A stretch of DNA of 64,000 nt from the IMG/VR virus record IMGVR_UViG_3300012347_000112, positions 2,448 through 66,447 of that record, one strand, 5' to 3'. Each line of letters begins with the position of its first letter. Position 1 is the first letter of the stretch. Below are positions 8,953 to 22,200 of the stretch, piece after piece. Position numbers and translations under genes: made by a program. The notes under the pieces are model-generated. The model had not been told where the DNA came from, made no database searches, and saw only the letters and a list, made by a program, of their open reading frames with translations. This stretch comes from a virus (Duplodnaviria; Caudoviricetes).

Positions 8953-10480
8953 ACTTGATTTTTGCCTTTGCAGACGATAACTTTAACATGAAGTAAGCCT
9001 TAACGCAAGCATATTTGGCAAAATACGGTACGTGTTTGTTTTTGCTAACCAAATCAAAAATAGTTTCCACAATATATCGATCTGAGTAACGAGTAGCATG
9101 ACTATCAATTAATTTAACAGTGGCATACTTGTACAAGTTAATTGCTTCTGCGTAGCGTTCTTCTTTTATCAGCTTGGTAATAGGTACTAGTACATCAGCG
9201 TAAAAGTTTGTCCATTCAGCATTACGTTCAACAATTAGGGGAGCAACCTTATAGTACAACTGAACTGCTGCACGATCTTTGTCACTGTTCATCTGTGTGT
9301 CACGAACCATTCGCGCTAACGCTAGTTCTTCGCAATCGTCCGGCAATCCCATTGCCATAACTGTTGCTGTAGTCAAGAAGCAGCCTCCGCCGCCCCCGCC
9401 GCCTCCTCCGCCACCATCGCCGGTTTGGCCACCATCGCCACCAATACCATCGCCTGGCGTGCTGCTACCGCTACCTTGTGGAGCTCCTGCAGGATATGCA
9501 ATCTCAGGATATGCAGGTCCGTAGTTACCACCACTAAAAGTTGGCTCGATCGCCGGCGCTGCAAAGCCTTTAAGCGAACGCCACTGCCCGTTTACCTTAA
9601 CCCAGGCATTTTGCAAAGTCTTCCATTCGCCGGCTACCTTAACATAAGAAGAATTTAATCCCTTCCAGTCTCCGCCAACCTTTACACCACCGAATGTAGA
9701 TGCTGTAAATACCATTACTGCGCGGCCGCCGCCGCCATTGGCAATTGTGCCAACCCCAATTGGGCTAGACCAATATTGATTAGTTGTACCGTTGGGAGTA
9801 TTACCTACCGGTTGTACGCCGCCCGTAGACGATGTACCAGTATATCCGCCAAGTCCGCCTGAGCTATTATCGTAGCCCATTGTGCCACCAAAGCCGCCAA
9901 CGATACCGCCCCCGCCTCCGCCGCCTCCAGCGCCGTCACCATTGCAGTCTTGTCCGTTAGTTCCTTGAGAACCTGAACTAGGACTGTTGATTGTGTAGCC
10001 AGGGTTGCCTCCACGATTATTGGATCCACCGCCGCCACCGCCGCCCCCGGCTGCAACATACGCTTGGGTTCCGTTAATTACTACTGCGGTTGCTGCGCCG
10101 CCACCACCGCCACCGCCTGACCACCCAGACGGGCCTGCATTTCCGCCACGTGCTCCACCAAATGAATAACTGTTGCCATCGATGGTGATGTTGTATCGAC
10201 CACGGCCGCCGGTGCCTGCACCAGAATTAGTTCCACTGCCGCCTGCTAGGCCGCCCCCACCCACAGCCACGCTAACTGCATCGCCTTCGTTTATGGTAAT
10301 AGTTCCTGCCCAGTACCAACCGCCAGTGCCTGTGCCGCCCGGGCCATTTCCGTCTGCACCACCGCCGCCGCCGCCAGCGCCCCACATATATAATGCTACA
10401 TCAGAGTGATAGCCAGCTGGCATAGTAAACGACTGTGTGCCGCCTGTATAATCAAATGTTTTAACTACTGTATTTGCCAT
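8903..10480 (-). CDS. Gly-rich fibre/adhesin-like protein with C-terminal CFI-box-CTERM-like domain
   Basis: YMWGAGGGGG and poly-Gly blocks; three VKVxGxW(K/R) repeats; poly-Gly then CFLTTA...LPDDCEEL..AR..RD...YYKVAPLIV. Confidence 0.65.
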   Translation of the reverse strand: MANTVVKTFDYTGGTQSFTMPAGYHSDVALYMWGAGGGGGGADGNGPGGTGTGGWYWAGTITINEGDAVSVAVGGGGLAGGSGTNSGAGTGGRGRYNITIDGNSYSFGGARGGNAGPSGWSGGGGGGGAATAVVINGTQAYVAAGGGGGGGGSNNRGGNPGYTINSPSSGSQGTNGQDCNGDGAGGGGGGGGIVGGFGGTMGYDNSSGGLGGYTGTSSTGGVQPVGNTPNGTTNQYWSSPIGVGTIANGGGGRAVMVFTASTFGGVKVGGDWKGLNSSYVKVAGEWKTLQNAWVKVNGQWRSLKGFAAPAIEPTFSGGNYGPAYPEIAYPAGAPQGSGSSTPGDGIGGDGGQTGDGGGGGGGGGGGCFLTTATVMAMGLPDDCEELALARMVRDTQMNSDKDRAAVQLYYKVAPLIVERNAEWTNFYADVLVPITKLIKEERYAEAINLYKYATVKLIDSHATRYSDRYIVETIFDLVSKNKHVPYFAKYACVKAYFMLKLSSAKAKIKYGILRKSIQAAISKSA

Positions 10481-10486
10481 AATCTA

Positions 10487-11560
10487 TTATTGGTACTGGA
10501 ACCAAAAGTCTCCGTCTGACCCTTGCCCTGAGTCGGGTGAGTTTGTGCTAACAAATTTTCTGCTGCCATCCCAATACTGGGTAGCTGATTTTACAAAAGC
10601 TGTTGTTGCAAGTTTTGTACTCGTGTCACTTACTGGCCATGTTGTAGCAGTTGGCGAACCAATGAACGCAGGGCTGTCAATTGCTGCTTTTGCATTAATT
10701 GCCGCCGTTAGTGTATTAGACAACGATGTAATACTTGTAGTAACTGTATCATCAGTATATGCACGAGCCAGGTTATCTTTTGCTACCACAAATGCTGTAG
10801 TAGCAATTCGAGTTGAATTGTCAGCAGTTGACGGGGTAGTTGCAGTCGGCGTACCAGTTAGTGCTGGGGTGTCGAGTGTTGCATACGGAGTCAAGTCAGC
10901 TGAAGTGAGATAGCCTGCATTTTGAATCGACGTAATAGCATCAGCCTGTACACCGGCATTGCTCCATAAATTTGTTACCTCAGATTGCAGCGAGGAAATT
11001 GCAGAATTAGCGGCTGTTACATTGCTGTTTGTTGCCGCGATGCTACTTGCAAGCGTCCCAGCGTTTCCATTAATGGAAACAATACTGTTATTAATAGAAT
11101 TGATATTCCCACTAATTACTGTCAACTGATCATTCTGTACTGTTGCATTTGCCCACAGGTTTAAAATTTCTACTGACTGTGCTGCTGCGTTGGCTGTAGT
11201 TGATACTGCGTTTGCAGTAATCTGCGATTGTAACGCCAAAACATTTGCTGTTAGCTCTGATCTTAAATTGGTTACGCTGCTGCTTAGTTGGACTGCATTT
11301 GCTAGTGCGCAAAAAGTAGTTCCGTCATAATAGCTCAACGTATTAGCAGTAGTGTTATACCATAACTGGCCAGTCAATGGGTACAGAGGTGCAATATCGT
11401 TTGCAAAATTTTCAAGCAGATAAATGAAGTTTTCATTTTGTGCTGTGCCGTAGTTGATATAATTCTTACCAACTAGCTTAACCTGGTACTTGTCGTTGAC
11501 TGTACCGTCTAGCAAACTCACTAATTGCTGGCCATTTGTTTTGTTTATGGTATACGCCAT
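10487..11560 (-). CDS. Baseplate/tail fibre protein (paralog)
   Basis: MAYTINK...LVGKNY..YG..QNENF..LLENFA, a coiled-coil, IATTAFV repeats and C-terminal DGDFWFQY; same architecture as 6559..7692. Confidence 0.7.
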   Translation of the reverse strand: MAYTINKTNGQQLVSLLDGTVNDKYQVKLVGKNYINYGTAQNENFIYLLENFANDIAPLYPLTGQLWYNTTANTLSYYDGTTFCALANAVQLSSSVTNLRSELTANVLALQSQITANAVSTTANAAAQSVEILNLWANATVQNDQLTVISGNINSINNSIVSINGNAGTLASSIAATNSNVTAANSAISSLQSEVTNLWSNAGVQADAITSIQNAGYLTSADLTPYATLDTPALTGTPTATTPSTADNSTRIATTAFVVAKDNLARAYTDDTVTTSITSLSNTLTAAINAKAAIDSPAFIGSPTATTWPVSDTSTKLATTAFVKSATQYWDGSRKFVSTNSPDSGQGSDGDFWFQYQ

Positions 11561-11565
11561 GTCTA

Positions 11566-12270
11566 TTATCCGATCGAGCTCAAGTTAGTTAATGTCTGGA
11601 TACGCACTGTGTAGTCGATTTGAATAAGTCTGTTTAGGGATTTTTGTACAGGGTGGAATACAACGTGAGTTAGTAGTAGTCCTGTAGTTGTCAGACCCTC
11701 GCTACCATCAAGGCTGCGAGCTTTTAGTCCCAATTCGTCAAAAACGTAGTCACCGTTTAAACTTTGGCTGTTGTCAAATGCTGCTTGGTCAGCAGGCTCG
11801 CCGTAGTCTAGTAGACAAGTAACTAGAATGTCTGTGTAAATGTTGCCGGGTGTGTGCAATACTGTAATCTTATTGCGAGCAGGGTCAGTATTCTTAATTG
11901 AAGTATCGTCAACAATTTTAAAATACGTTGGGTTATATAAGTTACTGTTCTGCGCATTGGTGTTTGGCGGCAAGTAGCTAATAACGCCAGTTGGGTCAAC
12001 TGCGGTTCCACCGTTGCCAAAGTGCATTTCATAGACAAAATGCTGTGGAGTACCGTCGGTGCCTGCAACCTTGTTTGCAATACATTGAGCTAGACTCACG
12101 CTCATATTTTCATAGTGAATTGCGTTGCGTTTGTTCACAAAAACTTCACCAGACACAGGGTCATGAATCTTAATGTGCCCTTGCACATGGATTCCTCCCA
12201 CTTCATCTGGTTTACGTTCGGGTTGTTGATTTTCCATCTGAGTATTGTCCTGCTGTTTATCTTGTTCCAT
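11566..12270 (-). CDS. Conserved baseplate/fibre-attachment structural protein
   Basis: GHIKIHD...NKRNAIH...FGNGG...FDELGL...HPVQKS.NR.I.I.YTVRI pattern; lies directly downstream of the wedge genes with its own late promoter. Confidence 0.55.
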   Translation of the reverse strand: MEQDKQQDNTQMENQQPERKPDEVGGIHVQGHIKIHDPVSGEVFVNKRNAIHYENMSVSLAQCIANKVAGTDGTPQHFVYEMHFGNGGTAVDPTGVISYLPPNTNAQNSNLYNPTYFKIVDDTSIKNTDPARNKITVLHTPGNIYTDILVTCLLDYGEPADQAAFDNSQSLNGDYVFDELGLKARSLDGSEGLTTTGLLLTHVVFHPVQKSLNRLIQIDYTVRIQTLTNLSSIG

Positions 12271-12294
12271 ATGTTATTTATCGCTAATTTTTGG

Positions 12295-13266
12295 TTACAG
12301 TACTAAGGCTTCAATTAGTTTTTCTGATGCATCAATGCTGCTTTCAAGAGCTATAGCAAAGGTTTCGCCCTGTCCGCTTATTGCACAGCCGTTATCTGCT
12401 GCGATTAGACGATCGCCTTTGTTTACTATACCGATTACTCGCATCGGAACACGGCCTTTTAGTGCAACCGGGGTGCCGCCTTCAAGGAAAGAATTCATCA
12501 AATGCGCAGGGTCTGTAGAAACTGCACCAATTGCTCGGTAACCCGGCTTACAAGCTGTTACTTCAGCGGTCCCGCCGACTATTAACACAGTCCCTGCAGG
12601 GTATACTTGATCTGCTAAGTACATCTCTGCCAAGTCAGCATATTGTGAACTAGTTGATCTAGCAAAAATTGTGTTGTACTGGAAGCTGCTGCTACCAATG
12701 TTGCTCACTGCGTTTGCTGCTGGCACCACGTTGCCCATGGTCACTGTTCCAGTAAACGTTGGATTTGCAGTTGGTGCCTTGTTATTAAACGTATTCCAAT
12801 CTGTACTGCTCAAATATCCGTTGGTCACAGTGGTTGCGGCCGGTATACTCAAGTTTGGAACTGTGATATTACCAGCATTAACCAATGGACCATTTACTAT
12901 TAGAGCGTTAACAATACCAGACTGCACTGTATTTTCAATGCCCGATACTCTAGCCGAAATAGTTGCAGTGTTGGTTTGCAATACTGACACTTGACCTTGG
13001 ATAATACCAATCTGTGTTGACTGACTACTTTGGCTGCTAACCAATGAGTTAAGCGAAATCTGCTGTGCTGCTGCATTTGACTGCAAGCTGCTTACATTAG
13101 ATTGTATGCTTGTAACGTTTGCATTTACTGTATTTGAAATAAATGCCCCCATAACAGTACCAGTTACTACCCCTAGCACGTTTGAACTAGTAATAGAAAC
13201 CACTGGGATCAGTGATTCTGCTGCGATGTCTTCTATTTTTGGTAGTTGACTGAATTTAATTGCCAT
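12295..13266 (-). CDS. Tail fibre-like protein with peptidase G2-like chaperone domain
   Basis: MAIKFSQLP N-terminus, a coiled-coil, and C-terminal YADLAEMY...GAVST.PAHLMN...GRVPMRV.G.VNKGDRL. Confidence 0.7.
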   Translation of the reverse strand: MAIKFSQLPKIEDIAAESLIPVVSITSSNVLGVVTGTVMGAFISNTVNANVTSIQSNVSSLQSNAAAQQISLNSLVSSQSSQSTQIGIIQGQVSVLQTNTATISARVSGIENTVQSGIVNALIVNGPLVNAGNITVPNLSIPAATTVTNGYLSSTDWNTFNNKAPTANPTFTGTVTMGNVVPAANAVSNIGSSSFQYNTIFARSTSSQYADLAEMYLADQVYPAGTVLIVGGTAEVTACKPGYRAIGAVSTDPAHLMNSFLEGGTPVALKGRVPMRVIGIVNKGDRLIAADNGCAISGQGETFAIALESSIDASEKLIEALVL

Positions 13267-13268
13267 TT

Positions 13269-16200
13269 TTAATCTTCCTTAGTTAACAGTTGAGAGTTTT
13301 CTGTCATCAATACTGTATTTACTGAAACTTCATCTTCGGTGCTGTAATAGTCATCAAAGCTCAAGGTATTCAATCCAGCGCCTTGTCCCAGGAACGCACG
13401 AGCTGGTAAGCTGCCCGAGTCTTGGAACTGTAGACCTTGTACAAACAACACTGGGTCAAGCCATGCTAGCGAATCTTGACGTATAACAACGTTTGATCCA
13501 GCATTTGCTGTTACTGTTACATTACCGGCTGCGTTAACTGCTCCCAAAATACCAATGGCATTTGCAGAGATATTAGATACTGTGCCATTGATACTGAATA
13601 CACAGTTTGCATTAGCAGTAGTAAAGCTACCCGAATTGAATGTAACCGCAACAGATTTCTGTAGGTCCACGTTTCCACGTACCACTGCGTTACCGCTACT
13701 AAACGCTTGAGTAATGATATCTCCAACATTCACAGTAATGTTTGCATTCAGTGTGATTTTATAAGTTGGATTATCCACTGTAGTAAACTGTGACGTAGAC
13801 GCATTAGCTCTCCAGTAGTTAATTCCCACGTTACTGCTGTATTCTTCGTTAGTTGAAATGATTGCAGTACGAGACTTGATGTCTGGAATAACTTGATCTA
13901 CGCTAGCATCATATACTGTCGTAAATGCTGGATGTGCTTGACTTGCTGTGCCACCAACACCTCGACGTATGTTACGCAATGAGTTAGTTTCTACATCATT
14001 TTCCCAGTAGGTAATCTTTTCGCCGCCAATAAACACTACACCAGGGATAGCACGGACTAGATCCGGGATTGGTAATGCGCTTGAATCGCTTACAAAAATA
14101 ACATCCGAGTTGTATGTTAACGCACCTACAATGTAAGTAGTAGCAAATCCGCTAATTCTGTAATATTCGTGGCCACCATTGATGTCCATAAACTCACGAT
14201 ATGCCAATGATGCACCACCCGGCTTAACAGTCAAGTTACTCGAGCTTTCAACTTCGGCAGTGAACACGCTAATGTCAATGCTTTCGTGTAATACACCAGG
14301 CAATAACTCTTCAGGCGCATGGCTTGAGTAGTAGTCAATGTACGCACCACCATCAATGATAATGTCTTCTGGACGGATACCCAGTCCAGTGTCAACATAA
14401 CGACTTTGGATAACAGAATCAAGTAGTGACTGATCTTTAACGTTTGCGTTAAATGGCAGACCTTGTACACTTACGCCTGGGTACTCAATGCCTTTTACAT
14501 ATTGAGTTAGCCAAAAACGGTTAGATAGTGTGCTTGCAACTTCCTGGCCTAACGCAGTCGCTAGGTCTAGATTGTTCTGTTGGCGGCTAGCAATGTATGC
14601 GATAATTCTATCGTTAGTATTGCCGACGTCAGCGCCAGTTAACAACTCAAATGCATCAAAGTTAAAGTTTGCTGCTGCTGCAATGTTGCCAGTAGCAACG
14701 TAGGCATCACCGTTAAACGCAACAATGTCACCATCTTGATAACTGCTGGTAGCATTCCAAATTTGTACGCTACTGTCGTATGCAGTACGATCAAATTTCA
14801 ATACGCTGTCGAACTGTCGAACTGTTTTGTTTGAGATTCGTGCTGCTGCCAGTCCACCTGTACCAGTTCCATTGATAGATACCAATGGTCGGCTGGTGTA
14901 TCCGCTTCCGCTGTTGGTTACAGTGATAGAACGAATTGCACCATTACCCCAGATATTTGCTGTAGCAGTTGCACCTGTACCACCACCACCGCTGATAGTG
15001 ATAATTGGCTCAATTAAATAGTCCTGACCGTGGCTTGATAGCTCAATACTGTCAACTTCAAATGTGTGATATTGCTTCCAATATTGATACTCTGGAGTAT
15101 TGTTGATTAGTGTAGTGTCGATTGACAGTTCTCCACTCGGAGGACGATACATTGCTAGAGACTTGTTGTACAAGCTAGGCAAGTCAAAGTCAGTGACATT
15201 ACTTTCAACAGTGTCGTTACCAGTATAGTCAACTACATATTCACGGACAATAGTACGGTATGGTTTAACTTCGTTAATATAATCCAAGTAGTAGTCTTGG
15301 TTATCAAGAACAAAGCTCGGTGGCTGGTTTAGTTCACGTAAAGTGTGGAAAATTCTAATAAAGCTGGTCTTGAAAATCCAGTCAACACTTGTTTGTTCAT
15401 GTAGGATGTAATTAACCAGTACAAAGAATAGTTTGTTAAACTCATCGCCTAGGTTGTTGATAAAGATGTCGTCGCGCAGGGCCAATAAGATGTTGCGAAT
15501 TTCAATACTTGGTGTTTGATCAAAACGCACAGTGTCAAATCGGTCTTCGTCCCAGCCCATTTGACCAGCTGGCAAATCGTACAGAGTATTGCTCAATTGG
15601 ATTGTTCCGTTTTGGATTCCAACTTTAGTTAGGGTTAAATTAGCGTTAACACGATAAATTGCAAACTGTGCATTGTCGTCGTAGTTAACACGGATAATTT
15701 CCCCAGGCGCAACACTTAACGCCGCAATATCTTTGTATGCCGCTACTGTGTAGTTGATACGACTTGTTGGGTCGTAGTCGCTTGCAAACCAGTCAACCTT
15801 AGACCAGTACAATTGTGTGTTGTAGTACTGGATGCGATGGGTCTTAAAGACTCTGTTGCTGTTGAGTTTATAGATTGTCCATAGACCGTTGTTGCTACTG
15901 TCTCCAGTTACAAGAACTCTATAACCAATTGGGATACCTGACTCTTCTCTTACGTCGATGTAGCCAATTTCTTCAACTGTTGGGACAACTTTATCGTACT
16001 CAGTTACTGCTGGAATTGGATCTTCTTTTTCCATTCCCAATAGACTGTATTGATAAACAACTGGGTGCTTAATTAATACATTGTTTACATAGTTAACAAA
16101 GTTCTCAACAGCTTTAGCACGGTTTAAGATCATTGTTTGACGTGGTCTGATATTGATACCGATTTTATTAGCAGGTGTCAGTGACGGGTCAGGCACAACT

Positions 16201-19200
16201 TGACCAACTTGGTCAACACCACTCAAGCTATCAATCAATTTAGTAATGATACGCTCAGGCACACGGCTGTTTGGATCGTTTTCGTTTAACAGTTCGTACT
16301 CGGTGTGTACATTATTGCGATTATGCATCTTTTGATAATCAATATGCAGCACAGTGTCGGTGCCACTCAAGTACGGTTGTACGTTAACTACACCAATAGA
16401 ATTGGTTTTCATCAACATTGCATAAGGAACACCTTGCAACTGTGGGTTTTCAATGATGTCAGCTAGTGTTTTAACACTGTAACGCTTGCCACGAGCAGCA
16501 TTCTCTTTGTTAGTGACCCAGAAATAATACAACGAAGTCACGTTGCCACCAATAACTGTAGTTACAGTAGAGTAAGCTCCGTAATTCAACGGGATACCAT
16601 CACCTCCGTTGCTTATGTACTGCACTGGAGGATACTTGCTTTCGACCCATTCGCAAACAGTAACTTGGCTACCAGGGAAAATCTTACCCCAGTTGTTGCT
16701 GCGGTATACAAGATCATCTTGCTCGTAGTCGATGTAGCGTAGGTTTTCTAGATTCCACCAGATCTGACCAACTTGGCGTTCGTTCCAGTAGTAGCCTGCA
16801 TTAAATGCCGAGCTGCTTGAAGACCCAGTGTTATAAATTGCAGGATCTACACTGGTTTTAAAATCAATGTCTTGTTCTGCAATGCCCAAGATCTTGCCCT
16901 TGACTGGATCAATGTAGTCCAGGCTGGCACTAATAACTTGAGTATTTTTATTGTACAAGAAGATTTTATTGATGTTGTCTAGGTCAACAGCTTCGTCTTG
17001 TTGTCTAATTTTATCCCAAGATGTTTTAAACTCTGGGTTAGCGTATGTATACACCGCGCCAGAATTTTCTACTGCTGCGCTGTAATCAGTACCTGGTGCG
17101 CCAACAAGGATCAAGTCTTTATTAATGTCTGCTGATGCGCCAAATCCATCGTTGGATTCCAGCGAGTCAGACTTGATATGCTGTGCATAGCTCATTGATC
17201 CGGTGTTTTCGCTGCCAGTCAATGAATTAGTTAGTAGTTCGTACACATATACTGACCCGGTGGACTTAACATAATCAATCATACGAGTTGACGATTGATC
17301 AAATGTTGTTGTTCCGCCATCAATTTCAGTTACGTAGTAAACGTCGTCTGCATCGCTAGTCACTAGCAATGTATTAGTAACCGGACAGTAACGTACATTT
17401 TTAGCAAACCCAGTGCCAATGCTACCATCTGGATGACTAATGATTTGATCTAAGCTGAATACTGATAAACCAATGTTGTCAAACAAATTAGTTTCGTTTG
17501 TTCTAATAGATAGTTTATTATTTTCAACTACGCTTTGAGACACAATCTCAATGAAGCCACCTGCAACAGTAGTTGCTGTAACCATTGGGATTTTCTTAGC
17601 GTTAATTAGCTCAACGCAGGCAGACGGTGCAACATACCCGTTGTCATCAATTGCAGTACTAAGGTCAACCCAGTAGTTGTTGATGTACAACCCGATGTCG
17701 CTGTCGAATGTAGATCCAGAATCTACTAGAGTTTGGATGTACTCAACAACGTTAGTTGCTGTTACTTTTCCTAAAATCTTGCCTGTGTCAGTGTATCGGT
17801 ATACTGCGCCTGTCTTGCCTGACGCAAGTGTCTTGCCCGATGCTCCAACAAAGATTGACGATCCATTGATGTGATCAATTGCAACTTGACTACCAAACAA
17901 AGCGCCCGATTGTTGATCAGGGTCAACAAACTTTTGTACCATAACGTAGCTATCGCTAACTACCAGGATAACTCTGCCCAATGCCAATGCATCGTTAAAG
18001 CTTAACACTGTGTCGTTTGTAACTGTATATGCATCAGTTGATTGTAATTTACCGTCCACGAATACCTTGGTTAAACTTGTAAATGGCTTACCAAATACAT
18101 AGGTGTTTTCCAAGTCACTTAGATAAGATTGTTCAAACAATTTATACACGTAGACTGCGCCAGAATTGTTGTTCTCACCTGGTGCGCCAACAACAACTGT
18201 GCGGCCATTGTCTGTTGTAGCAACTACGTTACCAAATTGGTCTCCTGACACTGCTGTGTTAGATGTTATGCTGATGTTTGCATAAGCATAGTGAGGGCGC
18301 TGTGTAATTGAGATATTCGCAAACGAGCTTCCTGACGATACTGATGGCGGGTTAACAAAGGTCAACACGTTGCCCGACAGGGTATAATCCAAGTTCGGGA
18401 TGTAATTCTTATCCATATCAACCAGTGCCAATGCCCCGATGCTGTCAGGTGTATATGACAATCTATATGAGTCTGAATCAACTTGTAAAGTTACAGGATA
18501 GGTGTTTGAAGAGAACACAAACGAACTAACTGCTGCACCGGCCACATTGCTAATAGTAATAGTTGCACCGTTAACCGCTGTAACTGTTGTGCCTACTGGA
18601 ATAGCGTTACCTGTTGCTGCTGTGACGCTAGCGCCAACATCAACCCATGCGTTAGCAGATAGCAATGTAATTGTCTGTGTACCTGATCCTAGTGTACCAG
18701 CTAGTGAAACATTAGATTGACCAAGCATCGCTGTACTCAATACCAATGTAGTTCCGTCAACGTCAGACACAGTAGTCGACGCTTGTACTGCTGAGCCATT
18801 TAGTTGTGTTACTGCAAATCCCGACTTGATTCGGTTAATATCTATACTAGAATCTAGTGTGATGTTTGCTGTGTTAATTACGCCATTGGCCGACAGGTAA
18901 ACAGTGCCAGTCAATGATAGATCGGTGCTAGTACCATAGGTAATTGTGCTGCTTCTGCTGTCAACAGTCTTGCTGTAGTAAACGTGTACTTTGTTCTCGC
19001 CAGGAGCGCCAATGTACAACAAATTGTTGTCAGTACTGATGCTAGTCGATTTGCCAAAGTAGTTGTTGGCGGCTGCTGAATTTGATCTGATAGTTTGTGT
19101 AGTACCAGTTCGCAGATCGTAAACAAATACATAGCCTTCGTTGCTATTACTAGCAGGTGCTCCGACTACAATAGTGTAGTCACTAACGCTAATTGACGAA

Positions 19201-22200
19201 CCGTAACCAGCTGAGGTATTAGCTCTTGCTTCCAACTTGCTGGTTTGAGAAATTTTGCCATATACTCTTGAGAACGTCTTAACAGAGCCAGTTGATCCGT
19301 TACGGTTAACCAAGTTTGGCATACCCACAAAGAAGTTGTTTGCTAAACGGTTGCTGGTAACTGTTGTACCAAAGGCTGCGCCTTGGCTAATCGCTTCATC
19401 AGTGATAGTGGTATCAGTTGCCCAGGCATTAATCTTGTTAAACACGCCCCATTGGTTTGTGCTAGTTGCGTTGTCAACCCACAACTTGTCTCCTGGTTGC
19501 CATCCATTCAATGGGATAATACCATCAGCCTGTGTTAGATCAGTTAATCTTGCTGACTGTAGTTTGTATAGTACTCCATAGCCGTTAACACTTTGTAGTT
19601 CTTTAATTGTTTCAATTTTGTATTGAGTTACGTCAATGCTCTGTGCATCAGTTCCTCGTAGAGCAACTTGCACACTGGTGCGACTGTTAACTGAATACAC
19701 TTGATAGAACCCATTGAATCTTGTGTCGAATGCTTTAACTGCAAATACGTCTCCAATCTTCAATTCTGGATCATCTGTAAAATTAATAGTAATTAAACTA
19801 TCAATGTTGTAACTGAAGTTTGTTACGTTTACCTGTGTTTCAGTAACACGGTATACGTTCCACTCTTCGGTGTAGTCTTTTGCAACCCAGATGTAGTAAC
19901 CAGGGCCAATGTTATCTAATGCAACATCTAGATCATTGAAGGATGCAAAGCTAAACAGAGTATTCTTTACATCACTCAAATTAACGTAACCGGCTGTTTC
20001 AATATCATTAATGGTGCTGGTAATTTGATTACGATTGAAGAATAAATTCTTATTGTAGTTTGCAGGTGCGCGATATAGATCAACTGGCTTGTATCCAATA
20101 ACGCCAGACTGCGATGCAGCATCTGGGCCATTCAGGAATTCAATTGCAGTTGGGTTAGCTGTGATAGCCGACTCGTCTAGTAGCAGCTCAACTGACTGGT
20201 CGCTGTTTAGCGATCCATATTCGCCCACACGTAGTGCCCATTCTTCGTAGATGTTAATGTCGCTGGTTAGGTCGCCAGTTTGCGCACTGGTCAAACCAGT
20301 GATTGCGTTTAGTGTGCCTTTTTCTTTGATGAAGCCTTGGTAGAACTTAACCTGACTAGTCTCGTCTAGTCCAAAGTTGCTCAAGTACGGACGTTTGCGG
20401 AAACCAATTAAGCTAGTACCGTAACCTTCAATTGTTGAGTCAGCTGGTAGATTGTCTACGTCATATGCTTGTTGCAAGCGAGTTGCATTGTATGCAAAGT
20501 TTGGCAACAGACCAGTTTTAACTTCATTGCGATCAATCTGACGCCATTGTTTATCTTGAACAAATGTTGCCGATCCTGCAATATTGCCTAGTGCAGCATA
20601 GTATTGATTTTTGTATTCTACAATACTGCCCAGTAGGTAATCCACGCCTGGTTGCCACGAATCAACGTGTGCATTGTTGAAGACAAAACCTGGTGGGTTA
20701 AATGCACCGGTCCAGCCGCCAGTTTTACTGCCAATTAGTTTCAAACGGAATTGACGGTTACCTAGTTCAGGAACATAGATAATGTCATTGAACACTGTAA
20801 CGTTGTCAAACAAAATAACATGCTCGTACTGCACAACAGTAAGTTCCGCAAGGCAAATTGTCTTGCCTTCAACAGCAGTAAGTTTGAAGTTGTTGCCATC
20901 ACGCATTTCTGTAAACTGAGTGCTCTTGATGAAGTTACCATCTTGATCTAATACTTTTGTTCCCGTTGGAGTGCTTTCGATCGGAGACACTACACCAGTG
21001 GTTTGAGAATTAATTAGCGTGTCAAATGCAGGACTCAAGATAATGATACTGCCCTCTTGCCAACCTTGCTGACTCCAGTTCAAAAATTCCTTGGCGCTCA
21101 ATGCCCAGTTGCGAGGTTCGCCTAGGTTTTCATCGTGTACGTCAAATCTAAATCCTTGTCCTACTAAGTGACGGCCGTATCCGATTAAGAAGTCAACTAC
21201 TTCCTGAGTAGTAGAAAATTCATAACCGTATGGAATGGTTAGTTTAATCGGTTGGTAGTCTTTGTAGATAATCCCACGTCGGTTTAACGAAGTGATTGTA
21301 TAGAAGTTATTGTTAACTAGACTTGGAATAATTGTGAAATACGGGCTGCTTTGATTGTAGCCGTTGACAGTGTATCCATTTTCTGTACGTTGGATTGTTA
21401 CTGCACTGTACACAATCTTCTTGATAGGAGTGCTTGCGTTAAGCTGGATACTGTAGTTTTCTGTTGGAAGAACAATACTGTTATTTGTATTTGTTGGAGA
21501 ACCCTGCTCCGCTAATACCTGTATAAACTTTTTATCAGTGTAGCCACCAACTTTGTAGCCTAACTGGATGTTGACATTGTCAAAATATTTTTGCAGCTCA
21601 GTTACTGGATCAATACCAATGTTTAGCAGATAATCTCTTACCCAGTTTAGGTAACCGGCACTGCGCACAATTTCGTCACCTGTTGTATCACCGTTGATAA
21701 CAATCGAAGTTGGGGTGATGCGTTGGTATGTGTTTTGATCAACCAATTGATCAATTGCTGCATCTCTGTAATATCTGTCAATGTTTATTAAACTACCAAA
21801 GTAGTATCCAGGCTTGGCTAATGCCAGTGCATACTGCATAGCAAACGGAAAACTACTGCTGGTTCTCCATGCAAATTCAACAGGACCTTGATCGCCTACT
21901 GCGTAGCTGGCATTAGCACGTTGACTGTCAAATGTGCTAGTAGCCCATTGCTCAGGGCTTAGTAGATCGCCGTATGCGTCTACAGGAATAATTTTGCTCA
22001 AGCCAGGGCGAGCAAAACGTGTATCAATACCTGCGCGGTCCCCGGCATGGATGTAGCCTGCTTCCAAGTCATCCCATAGCAGTGTGTTGCTACCAGTGTA
22101 TGGTGCTGCGCCGTAACGGGCCTCCCACCATAATGGCTTTTTACCGAAGCCCAACATTTCCCACGGATGTGTGTTTGGGCGATATGTATCAAAGAAGTGA

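Noticed and set aside
9279-9524. Plus-strand poly-proline ORFs (also 10173..10409)
   Set aside because: Reverse-complement of poly-Gly codons in the Gly-rich protein.
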